A stretch of DNA of 27,179 bases from Candidatus Thorarchaeota archaeon (GCA_038893995.1 JAWAQK010000033.1:1-27179); one strand, 5' to 3'; shown: positions 17,843 through 26,443, counted from the stretch's first letter. The notes: generated from the sequence alone by a model not told the origin. Translations and numbers: made by a program.

Positions 17843-18546
17843 AGAACAGACATCTGCCGCTCGAGAGACTAGACATCGACTTTGCGCTCTCATCCCTCAT
17901 TGATCTTGTCACGAAGGATCTCTCAGCGGTGAGTGCAACTGACTCGAGGCTAAGGGCCAAGTTCACGAGATGGATCAACCAGCTCGTCACCATAAGAGAG
18001 GGAATACACAGGGCCGCGGCGACTCTGAATGAGAGACTGGTCGGAACTGTAGCACTGAATGTTGATCCGGAGTTGCTGACCGTTGCCATGTTTCAGCCCA
18101 GCACCAGAAACGTGTTTCTTGAGATTGAAACTCATCATTGCAGGCAGGGAAGGAGTGTTCAGTGCGAGCATGCAAGGAGACTCTCTCTGATCAGTGATCT
18201 GGCGCGCGTCTTGGCCCTAGTCGGGGATGCCGCCCTGTCAATTGCTGTGGTACATAGACTGTGGAACCCCTCGGTGCTCAGCGTGGGACGCCTCACACAG
18301 GTAAGAGCCAAACTTGTGAGCAATGAGAAACTCGCACAGGTATGCGACAGATGGGGCCTGTATGAGATGAGGATCCACTTTGATCCTGAGGTCACCACTA
18401 GGTCAGAGATAGATCGCGTCAAGGGGACGCTTGTGGAGGCGATAATTGGAGCAATCTACGTCGAGCATGGAATCGACGGAGTAGTGAAGACCACAGGGTA
18501 CATCCTAGCTCTCGACGAAATGCAGAAATCAGAACTGGGGGTCTGA
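17839..18546 (+). CDS. RNase III-domain protein (Mini-III-like, no dsRBD) with an N-terminal helical extension
   Basis: LALVGDAAL, GRLTQVRAKLVSNEKLAQ..WGL, GTLVEAIIGAIY. The frame is open back to CTG 17839, which overlaps the upstream TGA (CTGA); the track calls GTG 17929. Confidence 0.85.
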   Translation: MKNRHLPLERLDIDFALSSLIDLVTKDLSAVSATDSRLRAKFTRWINQLVTIREGIHRAAATLNERLVGTVALNVDPELLTVAMFQPSTRNVFLEIETHHCRQGRSVQCEHARRLSLISDLARVLALVGDAALSIAVVHRLWNPSVLSVGRLTQVRAKLVSNEKLAQVCDRWGLYEMRIHFDPEVTTRSEIDRVKGTLVEAIIGAIYVEHGIDGVVKTTGYILALDEMQKSELGV

Positions 18547-20070
18547 CCCGGTCACATCCACATCCGTACGGAACACCTCATCGAACCGTCTGCGAACCTG
18601 CTCGGCATTCACTGGATCGCTGTACACCCTGATGCAGGGTATTGTCTTCTTCTGTTGTCTGAGTGTTGCGATCAGAGGATTCCCTTCCCTAAGCTCTCTC
18701 AACTCTCTGAGTAAATAGCCGGACGACTCGCTTCCCACGAGAAGGGGAATGGAACCAATGCCCTTATCGCCAACTTCCGGGTCTAGCACATCAATCACCG
18801 CGCCACCGATATCTCCGGATAGTTCCGTCTCAACCTCACTGAGCCGTTCCAAGTCTTCTGACAACCTGAGGATCTCATTCCAGGTGTCCTGAGAGAACAT
18901 CCCCTTCGGTCTAGACACCACGACCTTGAACAGCCGACGGTACCTGATGCGGGCTGCATAATCAGATACAAAATCGATCTCAGAGCTCTCGAGCCAACGG
19001 TAGAGATCGTCATCCGTCATGCGAGTGAAGAGGCCTATGCACTCCTCTCTGGACAGTTGTGTCTCCTTGATTCTAGAGTATGTGGCCTTGCAGGTCATGG
19101 CCTCGGCCACCCTCACTGCATGATGGAGATACAGGTCGCTGAACATCCAGTTACGGCTCAGGATGAGTGACTCAAGCGAGTGCAGTGCCTTCAGCATGAA
19201 GGCCCGAACCCACTGGCCTGCAGAGTCTAGTACTACCCGGTTCGTCAGCAGAACACGTTCTGCGGGGAACACCCCCAGTTGTACTCCACTGAAATGTGCA
19301 TCCCGTATCAGGTAATCGGTCTTGTCGATGTCCAGTGGTGAGTCCAAGAAGTCCGAGATGAGGGATAGGAGCGGATCCTGAGTCCTCCGCTTCAGGACGC
19401 CAACGACTGCGTTCGGGTCAATGTCATTCTTCTCGAGCACATCGACCAGATCACTCTTCAGAATGAGATATTCTCCAATGTCTGTGTGATCTAGACCACA
19501 CCATGACTCAAGTGCAGGCTCGATCGTATGAGAAGTGGGGGGGTGTCCAACATCATGGAGAAGAGCGGCAGCGCGAAATACCCTCTGGTGATAGCCATCC
19601 ATTAGCTCGGAGATCGGGCGGAAGCAGGGATGGGCAAGGTCATCGCAGTAACTGACCACAGCGATGCACTTCTGTGCCAGATAATTGGTGCCCAGACTGT
19701 GCTCGAACCGCGTATGAGTCGCGCCAGGATAGACTATGTGAGCTGGCCCCAGTTGCTTGATGTGACGAAGCCTCAGAACTTCCCATGTTGAAACGATATC
19801 AAGCTCCCACGGAGCCAGTATTATTGCGCCATATACTGGATCCTGAATTGCCTTCTGCCGGGAATGTCGCTCTGCAAGGCAGAGCATCTTCTCATGCCGT
19901 GCCTTGAGTCGCTGAATTGACGCCCATACTGCATCCTGACGTGCACTGGCAGCCTCAATGTCCGAGAATCTCATGCCAGTGACCTGGACAAGTCGAACAA
20001 TATCGGAACTGACATCTTGGACCCGAGATGAATCAACACGAGGGATGCGTCCCCTGGGCTTCATGGTCAC
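18529..20070 (-). CDS. HD-domain phosphohydrolase (SAMHD1/YdhJ-like dNTP triphosphohydrolase family)
   Basis: IQDPVYG, RLRHIKQLG, YPGATHTRFEHSLG, ALLHDVGHPPTSH..E, DIDKTDYLIRD, LYLHH; N-terminal extension of about 70 aa. Confidence 0.9.
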   Translation of the reverse strand: MTMKPRGRIPRVDSSRVQDVSSDIVRLVQVTGMRFSDIEAASARQDAVWASIQRLKARHEKMLCLAERHSRQKAIQDPVYGAIILAPWELDIVSTWEVLRLRHIKQLGPAHIVYPGATHTRFEHSLGTNYLAQKCIAVVSYCDDLAHPCFRPISELMDGYHQRVFRAAALLHDVGHPPTSHTIEPALESWCGLDHTDIGEYLILKSDLVDVLEKNDIDPNAVVGVLKRRTQDPLLSLISDFLDSPLDIDKTDYLIRDAHFSGVQLGVFPAERVLLTNRVVLDSAGQWVRAFMLKALHSLESLILSRNWMFSDLYLHHAVRVAEAMTCKATYSRIKETQLSREECIGLFTRMTDDDLYRWLESSEIDFVSDYAARIRYRRLFKVVVSRPKGMFSQDTWNEILRLSEDLERLSEVETELSGDIGGAVIDVLDPEVGDKGIGSIPLLVGSESSGYLLRELRELREGNPLIATLRQQKKTIPCIRVYSDPVNAEQVRRRFDEVFRTDVDVTGSDPQF

Positions 20071-20139
20071 TTACAAGTACATCGGAGGATGAGAAGATAT
20101 CGATTCAATCACTAGTGCCTGCACCAACCGATTGAGATG

Positions 20140-20682
20140 TCAAAGGTTTCGTGACAACTTGACCCTATCACGTGCTGAATAGTAATCCATGGGATCCCCG
20201 TGAGAAATGGCGGCACAGTATTCATCGGGCTTACAGTATCCCCATTCTCTCATCCTCTTGCAGTTGAAACGGAAACCAACACGATAGTGAGGGGGCTGTA
20301 TCAACCCAGCGCGTACTAGGAAGTCGGTGACTATCCGAATCCTCCTGACCTCAAACGCGTTTCTTATGCACGGAGGGGCGCGATCAAGTCCGATGCGTCG
20401 TGCCTCTCGAAATAGACGGGACCAAAGAAGACATTCCCTTGGAGAATAGAGCTGGTCGCATCTTGGACAAAGGTCTGCAAGGATTGAAACACGACAGAGC
20501 CCGACTCTGGCGGAGGTGGTGAGCCCAGCAGGTTTCAATAGGTCAAATCGGATCTCAGCGAATCGATCAGGGTCAAAGGAACCGAACTCGTCAGCAAACA
20601 TGCGAATCGCGTTCTCGATCTCCTTTGGAGATACTCTCCAACATGAGAGAAACTGAGACCGGCCCATCCTTGTTCGCTGCAT
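20140..20682 (-). CDS. Small protein with a primase large subunit (PriL) C-terminal Fe-S-like motif
   Basis: PPCI...FL..AG...NCKRMREWGYC....YC....HGDPMDYY has four Cys arranged like the PriL C-terminal domain, but much shortened. Confidence 0.55.
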   Translation of the reverse strand: MQRTRMGRSQFLSCWRVSPKEIENAIRMFADEFGSFDPDRFAEIRFDLLKPAGLTTSARVGLCRVSILADLCPRCDQLYSPRECLLWSRLFREARRIGLDRAPPCIRNAFEVRRIRIVTDFLVRAGLIQPPHYRVGFRFNCKRMREWGYCKPDEYCAAISHGDPMDYYSARDRVKLSRNL

Positions 20683-20814
20683 TCACTCACATCAACTGAG
20701 AATATGAAACTTACAGTAATAACGTCAACTGCAGAGGCGTCTGGTGTACTCCAATAACCCTTAAATCAAATACAGAGGTGGTGTTGAAACCACATTCGTC
20801 GGGGTGCCTCCGAG

Positions 20815-21819
20815 ATGATCAGATTGGCACTCGAGAAGAGTGTTGTATTGAAAGAGGCAATCACATCAATAGTCGTTGGAGACTTCGAGAGGAACAACAA
20901 TGACGAGATAGCCATAATGACAGCTGGAGGCAATCTGAGGGTCCTTAGGCTGGACTCAAAATCCAGAGAAACTCTCGAGATCGCAAGCATGGGGGGATTT
21001 TCCGCCACCTCGATGTGCGCTGGAAATGTCACGGGGACCGAGGGAATTGACTTTGTGATGGCTGAGCGGGGGGGAACACTGAGAATAGTGTCCCTGCACA
21101 ATGGGGCTCTCGATGAAGTTGGAGTGTATCCATTGGGAACAGAACCGACTGCTCTGGCAGTCCTCGATGTATTGGGCACCGATCGTGCGGGAGTTGTCGT
21201 CGCGACTAACGACTGTGCCATCAGATGCTACGGTTGGTTGGGGGACTGTCTAGATAAGATGGCACACAAGTCGGTAGACTATCCGATAATATCCATAGGG
21301 GAGTACAGGGCCAGGGGAATCCCCTACTCGCGTCTTGTTATTGGAGACAACAACAAGGGCCTTTATCTGTACCAGTATGCAGACGACCGCCTGCACGAGA
21401 TCGCTCGAGCAGCGGCCAGAGGAGCCGTGACATCGGTAACAGGAGGAAACATCACAGGCGGCCGGCTTGACGAGATTGTGTGTATCTCAGATGAGATCAA
21501 TATCACGGTATTCACAGCGGAGAACAACGCAATCAAGGCGATTGATAATCTAAAAGCGACCAGCAAGATAACCTCGGCAAAGACAGGAAACGTTGTGGGA
21601 AGCGGTACCTCGAACGATCAGATAATAGTGGCTCATGAGAACTCGAATGTGACGATCATGTCACTTGAGGGAAGACGACTGGTCCCCACGACAAGCCTCC
21701 GGACAGGGAGTGCTGGTCTTAGACCCCTACTGGCCATTGGCAGGCCTCGAGAGCATGGCAGCCTCATATACCATGCAGTAGATCGTACCGTAAACATCCT
21801 GTCAGTAGAGCATGTGTGA
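20815..21819 (+). CDS. Beta-propeller protein with FG-GAP/VCBS-like repeats, no signal peptide
   Basis: About seven ~45-aa repeats, including ITSIVVGDFERNNNDEIAI, TSMCAGNVTGTEGIDFVM, TALAVLDVLGTDRAGVVV, VTSVTGGNITGGRLDEIVC, ITSAKTGNVVGSGTSNDQIIV. Confidence 0.75.
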   Translation: MIRLALEKSVVLKEAITSIVVGDFERNNNDEIAIMTAGGNLRVLRLDSKSRETLEIASMGGFSATSMCAGNVTGTEGIDFVMAERGGTLRIVSLHNGALDEVGVYPLGTEPTALAVLDVLGTDRAGVVVATNDCAIRCYGWLGDCLDKMAHKSVDYPIISIGEYRARGIPYSRLVIGDNNKGLYLYQYADDRLHEIARAAARGAVTSVTGGNITGGRLDEIVCISDEINITVFTAENNAIKAIDNLKATSKITSAKTGNVVGSGTSNDQIIVAHENSNVTIMSLEGRRLVPTTSLRTGSAGLRPLLAIGRPREHGSLIYHAVDRTVNILSVEHV

Positions 21820-22239
21820 CTACTTGATCTGCGGCATGTAGAGTTCTTGGGGTTGGAGTATCCGAATAGTCTTGACGGGCACTCGCTGACGAATCCTGGT
21901 AGCAAACTCTGAGTCTATCCAGGACTTGGCCCTGGACCGGGCCTCCTCAATTGTCCCAGCATCGATGTTGATATCAATCCTGACAAACAGATGGTACGGC
22001 TCTCTCGGGGTCAGTTCCTTCTTAACCATGGCCCAGAATGCCCTAGAACCGTGGGGGACAGCCAAACGACCAGTAATCTCAGACCACTGCTTGTGCTCCA
22101 TTCGACGGGCAACAACGGACAGGTCCTTCAGTTCTGGCAAGTCTCTCAGTGCCTCCATGACACTGTTGCCAGCAGATGGTAAGTCAGTCACCTTTTCCAG
22201 TTCAGCCACCAGGTAGTGATCTGCTCTGAATACCGGCAT
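21820..22239 (-). CDS. Hypothetical protein (139 aa, MPVFRADHYL...)
   Basis: Protein-like composition from ATG 22239. The upstream part of the 245-aa track ORF overlaps the neighbouring gene in another frame. Confidence 0.7.
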   Translation of the reverse strand: MPVFRADHYLVAELEKVTDLPSAGNSVMEALRDLPELKDLSVVARRMEHKQWSEITGRLAVPHGSRAFWAMVKKELTPREPYHLFVRIDINIDAGTIEEARSRAKSWIDSEFATRIRQRVPVKTIRILQPQELYMPQIK

Positions 22240-22286
22240 CACGAAAACCCCATGCTGTTCTGTCGATGGTCGCCGAGTGCCCACAC

Positions 22287-22916
22287 TTAAGCCTGATGGT
22301 TCAGAGGTGTGTTTCCGGAGCCGGACCTGAGTTCGTGTCGATACTTGACGAAACGATACGAGGCGGTTGTCACGCCTAGCGCAGTAAGAAGTGGAAGACC
22401 ATAGTGAAGGAGATTGAACACGGCCATCAGAAACAGGGCGAACACCCGTTCGGATCTGCCCCCTAGTCCTATGTCCAAGTCTTTCACCCCGAGACTCTCT
22501 GCCCTGCACCTGACGTAGCTGGTGAGCTGCCATGATGAAACACAGACAGCCATCCACAGTCCCGAGTCAAGACCCAGAATCATCACATCATAGAAGCGAA
22601 TAGCCAGAGCCATCAGGATGATCAACTCACTGACTCGATCGACCACGGAATCGGTAAGTGCGCCAGCAGGTGTTGCCTCGTTTCTCATTCGGGCGACAGC
22701 CCCGTCAACACCGTCAAGGAGGCCTGTAGAGAACACCAGTATTCCGTACAGTATGTAGTCGTGCATCGATGTCAATGAGAGGAATGCGCCAAGCGCAGTG
22801 AGTAGAGAGAGATAGGTCACCGTTGTTGCGTCAACACCGAACCTGATGAACATGCTAGCAATGCTCAGAACCACTGGTCTGAAAACTCTCCTCATTCTCC
22901 ACCTGCTGGGGGTCAA
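22287..22916 (-). CDS. CDP-alcohol phosphatidyltransferase family protein (archaetidylinositol-phosphate synthase-like)
   Basis: DGVDGAVAR...GALTDSVVDR signature, SYVRCRAE, GRSER, several TM segments. TTG start overlaps the upstream TGA. Confidence 0.92.
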   Translation of the reverse strand: MTPSRWRMRRVFRPVVLSIASMFIRFGVDATTVTYLSLLTALGAFLSLTSMHDYILYGILVFSTGLLDGVDGAVARMRNEATPAGALTDSVVDRVSELIILMALAIRFYDVMILGLDSGLWMAVCVSSWQLTSYVRCRAESLGVKDLDIGLGGRSERVFALFLMAVFNLLHYGLPLLTALGVTTASYRFVKYRHELRSGSGNTPLNHQA

Positions 22917-23941
22917 TGTTCATCTCTCCCGCATGTCTGGTCGCCATACACCACTGTTGACTCGTAGATCTTGTCAGATAGAAACACTGCACCGCCAAAT
23001 GCTACAGTATCGCGGACAATCGTACGTTCGCCAACGCTGGAACTGGGACCCAGGATGGCGAGTGGCCCCACTACCGCACCATGTCCCATTTTGCTCCCGG
23101 GACCTACATAGCTCGGACCAATGATGGATGCGCCGGAGGCCAGATGGATGTCATATTCCTCAGCCCCCACACCCCCTGCGTCGACATGCGTTCCGGAGGG
23201 GACACAGAGGCCTCTGTTCACGGACCGACAACCACGCATGATGAGATGACGATTGGCGGCGAGGAGATCAGAAAAGTCGTCGATATCGAACAGCGGACAC
23301 TCGAATGTATGATATCCGATTCGCGCACCCTTGGCCAGGGCCATATTCAATGCATCAGTGACCCTGCTGCAACCCACTGATAGAGCCTCTCTGCAGTGTT
23401 CTACGAAAGAGGGGTGTGCCACGAGGATCATGGCGGACCGACCGACATCGTGACAACTGTCTGGTTGACCATCAATGCTCGCTATCTCGTTTGGTGCCCT
23501 ACTGTAGACCCTGGTGCCTCCGTTCATTGAAGGGTGAACGGCCAGAGTAGCAATTCGACAGTCCTGAGCCGACCCATGAGCCTGAAGTGTGCCAATCACC
23601 AATTCGGGCTCCACCACACAGTCAGCAGGACATGACAAGAACTGTTCGACGGGAGCCGCTTCGAGAGCCCTCACAAGCGTTGTCAGAGGACCACTGTTCC
23701 AGTCATGAACATGAACAACACGGACCTCAGAGTCAGGATAGGATTCACGGATGTGCTCCTCGATCATTTGACCCTTCCACCCAACTCCGATGACCACATG
23801 TTGTACGTCTGACGCATGAAGGACTGCTATCAGCCTGTCAATGAGACATACATCGACTACAGGCATGAGGGCCTTTGGCACGTGAGCCGTCAGGCAAGAC
23901 ATTCGGAGACCACGACCAGCAGCGAGGACTACAGCCTGAAT
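22913..23941 (-). CDS. Sugar-phosphate nucleotidyltransferase with a C-terminal left-handed beta-helix
   Basis: QAVVLAAGRGLRM..LT..VPKALMPV, DIDDFSDLLAAN, hexapeptide repeats (GASIIGPSYVGPGSKMGHGAVVGP). Likely ATT start at 23941 behind SD GGGGGTG. Confidence 0.85.
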   Translation of the reverse strand: MQAVVLAAGRGLRMSCLTAHVPKALMPVVDVCLIDRLIAVLHASDVQHVVIGVGWKGQMIEEHIRESYPDSEVRVVHVHDWNSGPLTTLVRALEAAPVEQFLSCPADCVVEPELVIGTLQAHGSAQDCRIATLAVHPSMNGGTRVYSRAPNEIASIDGQPDSCHDVGRSAMILVAHPSFVEHCREALSVGCSRVTDALNMALAKGARIGYHTFECPLFDIDDFSDLLAANRHLIMRGCRSVNRGLCVPSGTHVDAGGVGAEEYDIHLASGASIIGPSYVGPGSKMGHGAVVGPLAILGPSSSVGERTIVRDTVAFGGAVFLSDKIYESTVVYGDQTCGRDEH

Positions 23942-24010
23942 GGTAACACCCCCAAGAAACCGAACACAACGAACATATGTAGATATGCAGTAGTGCAAGC
24001 CGTGGAACTG

Positions 24011-24694
24011 ATGGGCGAGACAGTTGCTGTACGCAGCTCAGAGGATGTGGAGGATGCTGCAAAGAGGGCAGTGGAGGTTCTGAGGTCCGGAGGACTTGTG
24101 GTATATCCGACGGATACCAGCTACGGAATCTCATGCGATCCCAGCAACGAGGATGCTATACTGAGGCTACTCGAGGCCAAGCAACGTCCTGCAAGTATGG
24201 GACTTCCACTACTGTACTCGGACCTGGCAATGTGCGACCAGTACCTCGATCTGAATGAGTTCGAGAGAGTCATTGCGAAGATGTTCTGGCCTGGCCCGCT
24301 GACACTTGTAGTGACCGCCAGGACACGTCTGCCATACAGCGTCACTGGCAAACACGACAAGGTTGCAGCGAGGATACCGGACCACTCTGTTCCCAGGGCG
24401 ATCTCGAGGATGCTGGGTGGTCCAATTGTGGGTACCAGTGCGAATCGGACCGGGGGACCAAGCCCATTCGACATTGAAACTGCAAGAGCTCAGCTTGGCA
24501 ATCTGGTAGAGCTCTACCTGGATTCCGGGCCATCGTCTGCAAAGAAGAACTCGACCATAGTCGAAGTCGAACCAGGGGACCCAGCCAGTATCAGGGTGCA
24601 CAGAGAGGGAGAGGTCTCAATCGAGCAGCTGAGGGAAAGGCTCCGACTTGACAAGGACGCACTTCGATACTGGAGTACAAGGATAACTGCATGA
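24011..24694 (+). CDS. sua5: L-threonylcarbamoyladenylate synthase (single-domain TsaC/YrdC type)
   Basis: GGLVVYPTDTSYG, K.R, FWPGPLTLV, VAARIPD, GTSANRTG, STIV. No SUA5 C-terminal domain. ATG 24011. Confidence 0.93.
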   Translation: MGETVAVRSSEDVEDAAKRAVEVLRSGGLVVYPTDTSYGISCDPSNEDAILRLLEAKQRPASMGLPLLYSDLAMCDQYLDLNEFERVIAKMFWPGPLTLVVTARTRLPYSVTGKHDKVAARIPDHSVPRAISRMLGGPIVGTSANRTGGPSPFDIETARAQLGNLVELYLDSGPSSAKKNSTIVEVEPGDPASIRVHREGEVSIEQLRERLRLDKDALRYWSTRITA

Positions 24695-25272
24695 GGCGGT
24701 GCAAAGTCCGCATGGAAGAGGGGTACTTGTTCAATCTGGTAGTAGGTTGTCCTCATGATAGAGAGAGGGCAGCTGGAGCTGAGGTCAAGTATTTCATCGG
24801 AGACCTGCTCGACGATCCACAACTCGTCATCAACAGAGTCGGAGTACCGGGGATCGTCACGTGCCATACGGCCCTCGATCCATTTGATGTGACGCATCGG
24901 TTGAGGACTCTCGCTAAAGAGAATCCATACCAGTTCCGGTATGCATTGAGATTCACGCCCATCGAAAGATGCGTGCCTACAAGTGTAGACAAGATCATCT
25001 CCGCCGTCGAACAGGTACGCCACAGGATTGCTGCAGACGAGTCCTTCCGGGTCACCATCAGAAGAAGAGGCATCAAGTTCAACACAACCCAGTTGATCGA
25101 TGCCGTCGCATCTCTAATACCGGCACGGGTGGACCTATCTGAACCTGACAAACACCTGTGGATAGAGATCGTCGGAGATCTTACGGGCGTATCTGTGCTT
25201 AGCCCGCTCTCAGACATATTCTCGGCAGCCACACTGCAGATGGAGTCTGACAATCGTCTCAGTCAGGTATAG
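24691..25272 (+). CDS. THUMP-domain protein (Tan1/THUMPD1-like)
   Basis: FNLVV, LRFTPIE, ESFRVTIRRR, VDLSEPDKHLWIEIVG..TGVSVL. ATGA overlap with sua5; alternative start 24712. Confidence 0.88.
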   Translation: MRRCKVRMEEGYLFNLVVGCPHDRERAAGAEVKYFIGDLLDDPQLVINRVGVPGIVTCHTALDPFDVTHRLRTLAKENPYQFRYALRFTPIERCVPTSVDKIISAVEQVRHRIAADESFRVTIRRRGIKFNTTQLIDAVASLIPARVDLSEPDKHLWIEIVGDLTGVSVLSPLSDIFSAATLQMESDNRLSQV

Positions 25273-25846
25273 CCACCAGCGAGACACGATTCGCTACACA
25301 ACGTGCCAGCACAGACTGGATCTCCTGAGAGTCATCAGACTGCGCGATACTCATTATCTCGGTGTCATCAACGCCAAACAGTGCACAGATTCGTGCAGTA
25401 CGAGACGGCTCAGGCGGAAACGGGGGATCTCTAACGGGACCAATTAGCTCAGATAGTACCTGCAGACATTCCCTCACCCGTTCGGGGCGTCTGGCCACAA
25501 TGACAGCTGCAATGTACTCACTAGAGTCATGCAGACCCATGATCTCTATTGCCCGACTGATCTGCTTCTGAGCAGACGCGTAGACAAGTATCTCCAGTCC
25601 TAGGCTACGAGACCGGGAGTATCCTCCACGAACCGCACTAAGTGCATTCTGTGCAGATGACAGCAGATGTACCACACCGGCCACATAGGTGGAGTCCATG
25701 AGCTGAACGGCCAGCGTGTCAGCGCAACTCTCTGCAGAGAGAGCGATCAGTCTCTCACGCGGCATCAGTGCGACGTTCCTATACTCGCCGATGCCAACGT
25801 AGCACTCCTCAGTATCATCTAGCTGCTCAACTATCAAGATCACCAT
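25259..25846 (-). CDS. cgi121: KEOPS complex subunit Cgi121
   Basis: VQLMDSTYVAGVVHL..AQNAL......SRSRSLGLEILVYASAQKQISRAIEIMG. Confidence 0.88.
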   Translation of the reverse strand: MVILIVEQLDDTEECYVGIGEYRNVALMPRERLIALSAESCADTLAVQLMDSTYVAGVVHLLSSAQNALSAVRGGYSRSRSLGLEILVYASAQKQISRAIEIMGLHDSSEYIAAVIVARRPERVRECLQVLSELIGPVRDPPFPPEPSRTARICALFGVDDTEIMSIAQSDDSQEIQSVLARCVANRVSLVAIPD

Positions 25847-25852
25847 GACCTC

Positions 25853-26443
25853 TCATAGACGTCTGATGAAGTAGTCTGCGATCGTTGGCTCAAAACCAAC
25901 TTCGAAGACAAGCTTCTCGCGGATCGTGTTCATGTCAATACCTGGCTGTTCGGTAGTGAACTTTTTCACCAATGCGATTATGGACTCTCGTATCTCCCAA
26001 GGATAGATCGTCCAGGAATCGACCAACTCCATGTAGTAGTCGGGCGTTATGCATGAGTGAGGTTTGAGATGAAGTACTGCAGAGCGGACTTCTATCACAC
26101 CTTGTTTCTCCACATGACGGACCGCGTGCATGAGACTCTCTCCCGAATCGGCTACTTCGTCGACCACTAGGACTCTCTGGCCCTCAAGGGGAACAAGCAG
26201 GGGCTGTGTGATCCTCGGTTCCCGTCCCTTTCGTCCCAAATCAGTATAGTACTCGATACGCACATTCCACATAGTGTTGGCATACAATACGTCAGAGAGT
26301 ATCCTTGCTGGAATCCAGCCTCCTCTCGCAATACCCACTATCACTGAGGGCTTGAATCCACTTGCGACTATTCGTTCCGAGAGGCGCAGAGTGAGATTGT
26401 ACACGTCCTCCCAGTTCAATACTATGTACTTCGACTCGGTCAA
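25853..26443 (-). CDS. Purine (hypoxanthine/guanine/xanthine) phosphoribosyltransferase family
   Basis: VGIARGGWIPAR, PRPP motif VLVVDEVADSGESL, PDYY, WTIYPWE. Confidence 0.9.
   Translation of the reverse strand: MTESKYIVLNWEDVYNLTLRLSERIVASGFKPSVIVGIARGGWIPARILSDVLYANTMWNVRIEYYTDLGRKGREPRITQPLLVPLEGQRVLVVDEVADSGESLMHAVRHVEKQGVIEVRSAVLHLKPHSCITPDYYMELVDSWTIYPWEIRESIIALVKKFTTEQPGIDMNTIREKLVFEVGFEPTIADYFIRRL

Noticed and set aside
22240-22557. N-terminal 106 aa of the 245-aa ORF
   Set aside because: It overlaps the CDP-alcohol transferase gene in another frame and has non-protein-like composition.
23816-24010. 65-aa N-terminal extension of Sua5/TsaC
   Set aside because: It overlaps the divergent nucleotidyltransferase gene; the domain starts after ATG 24011.
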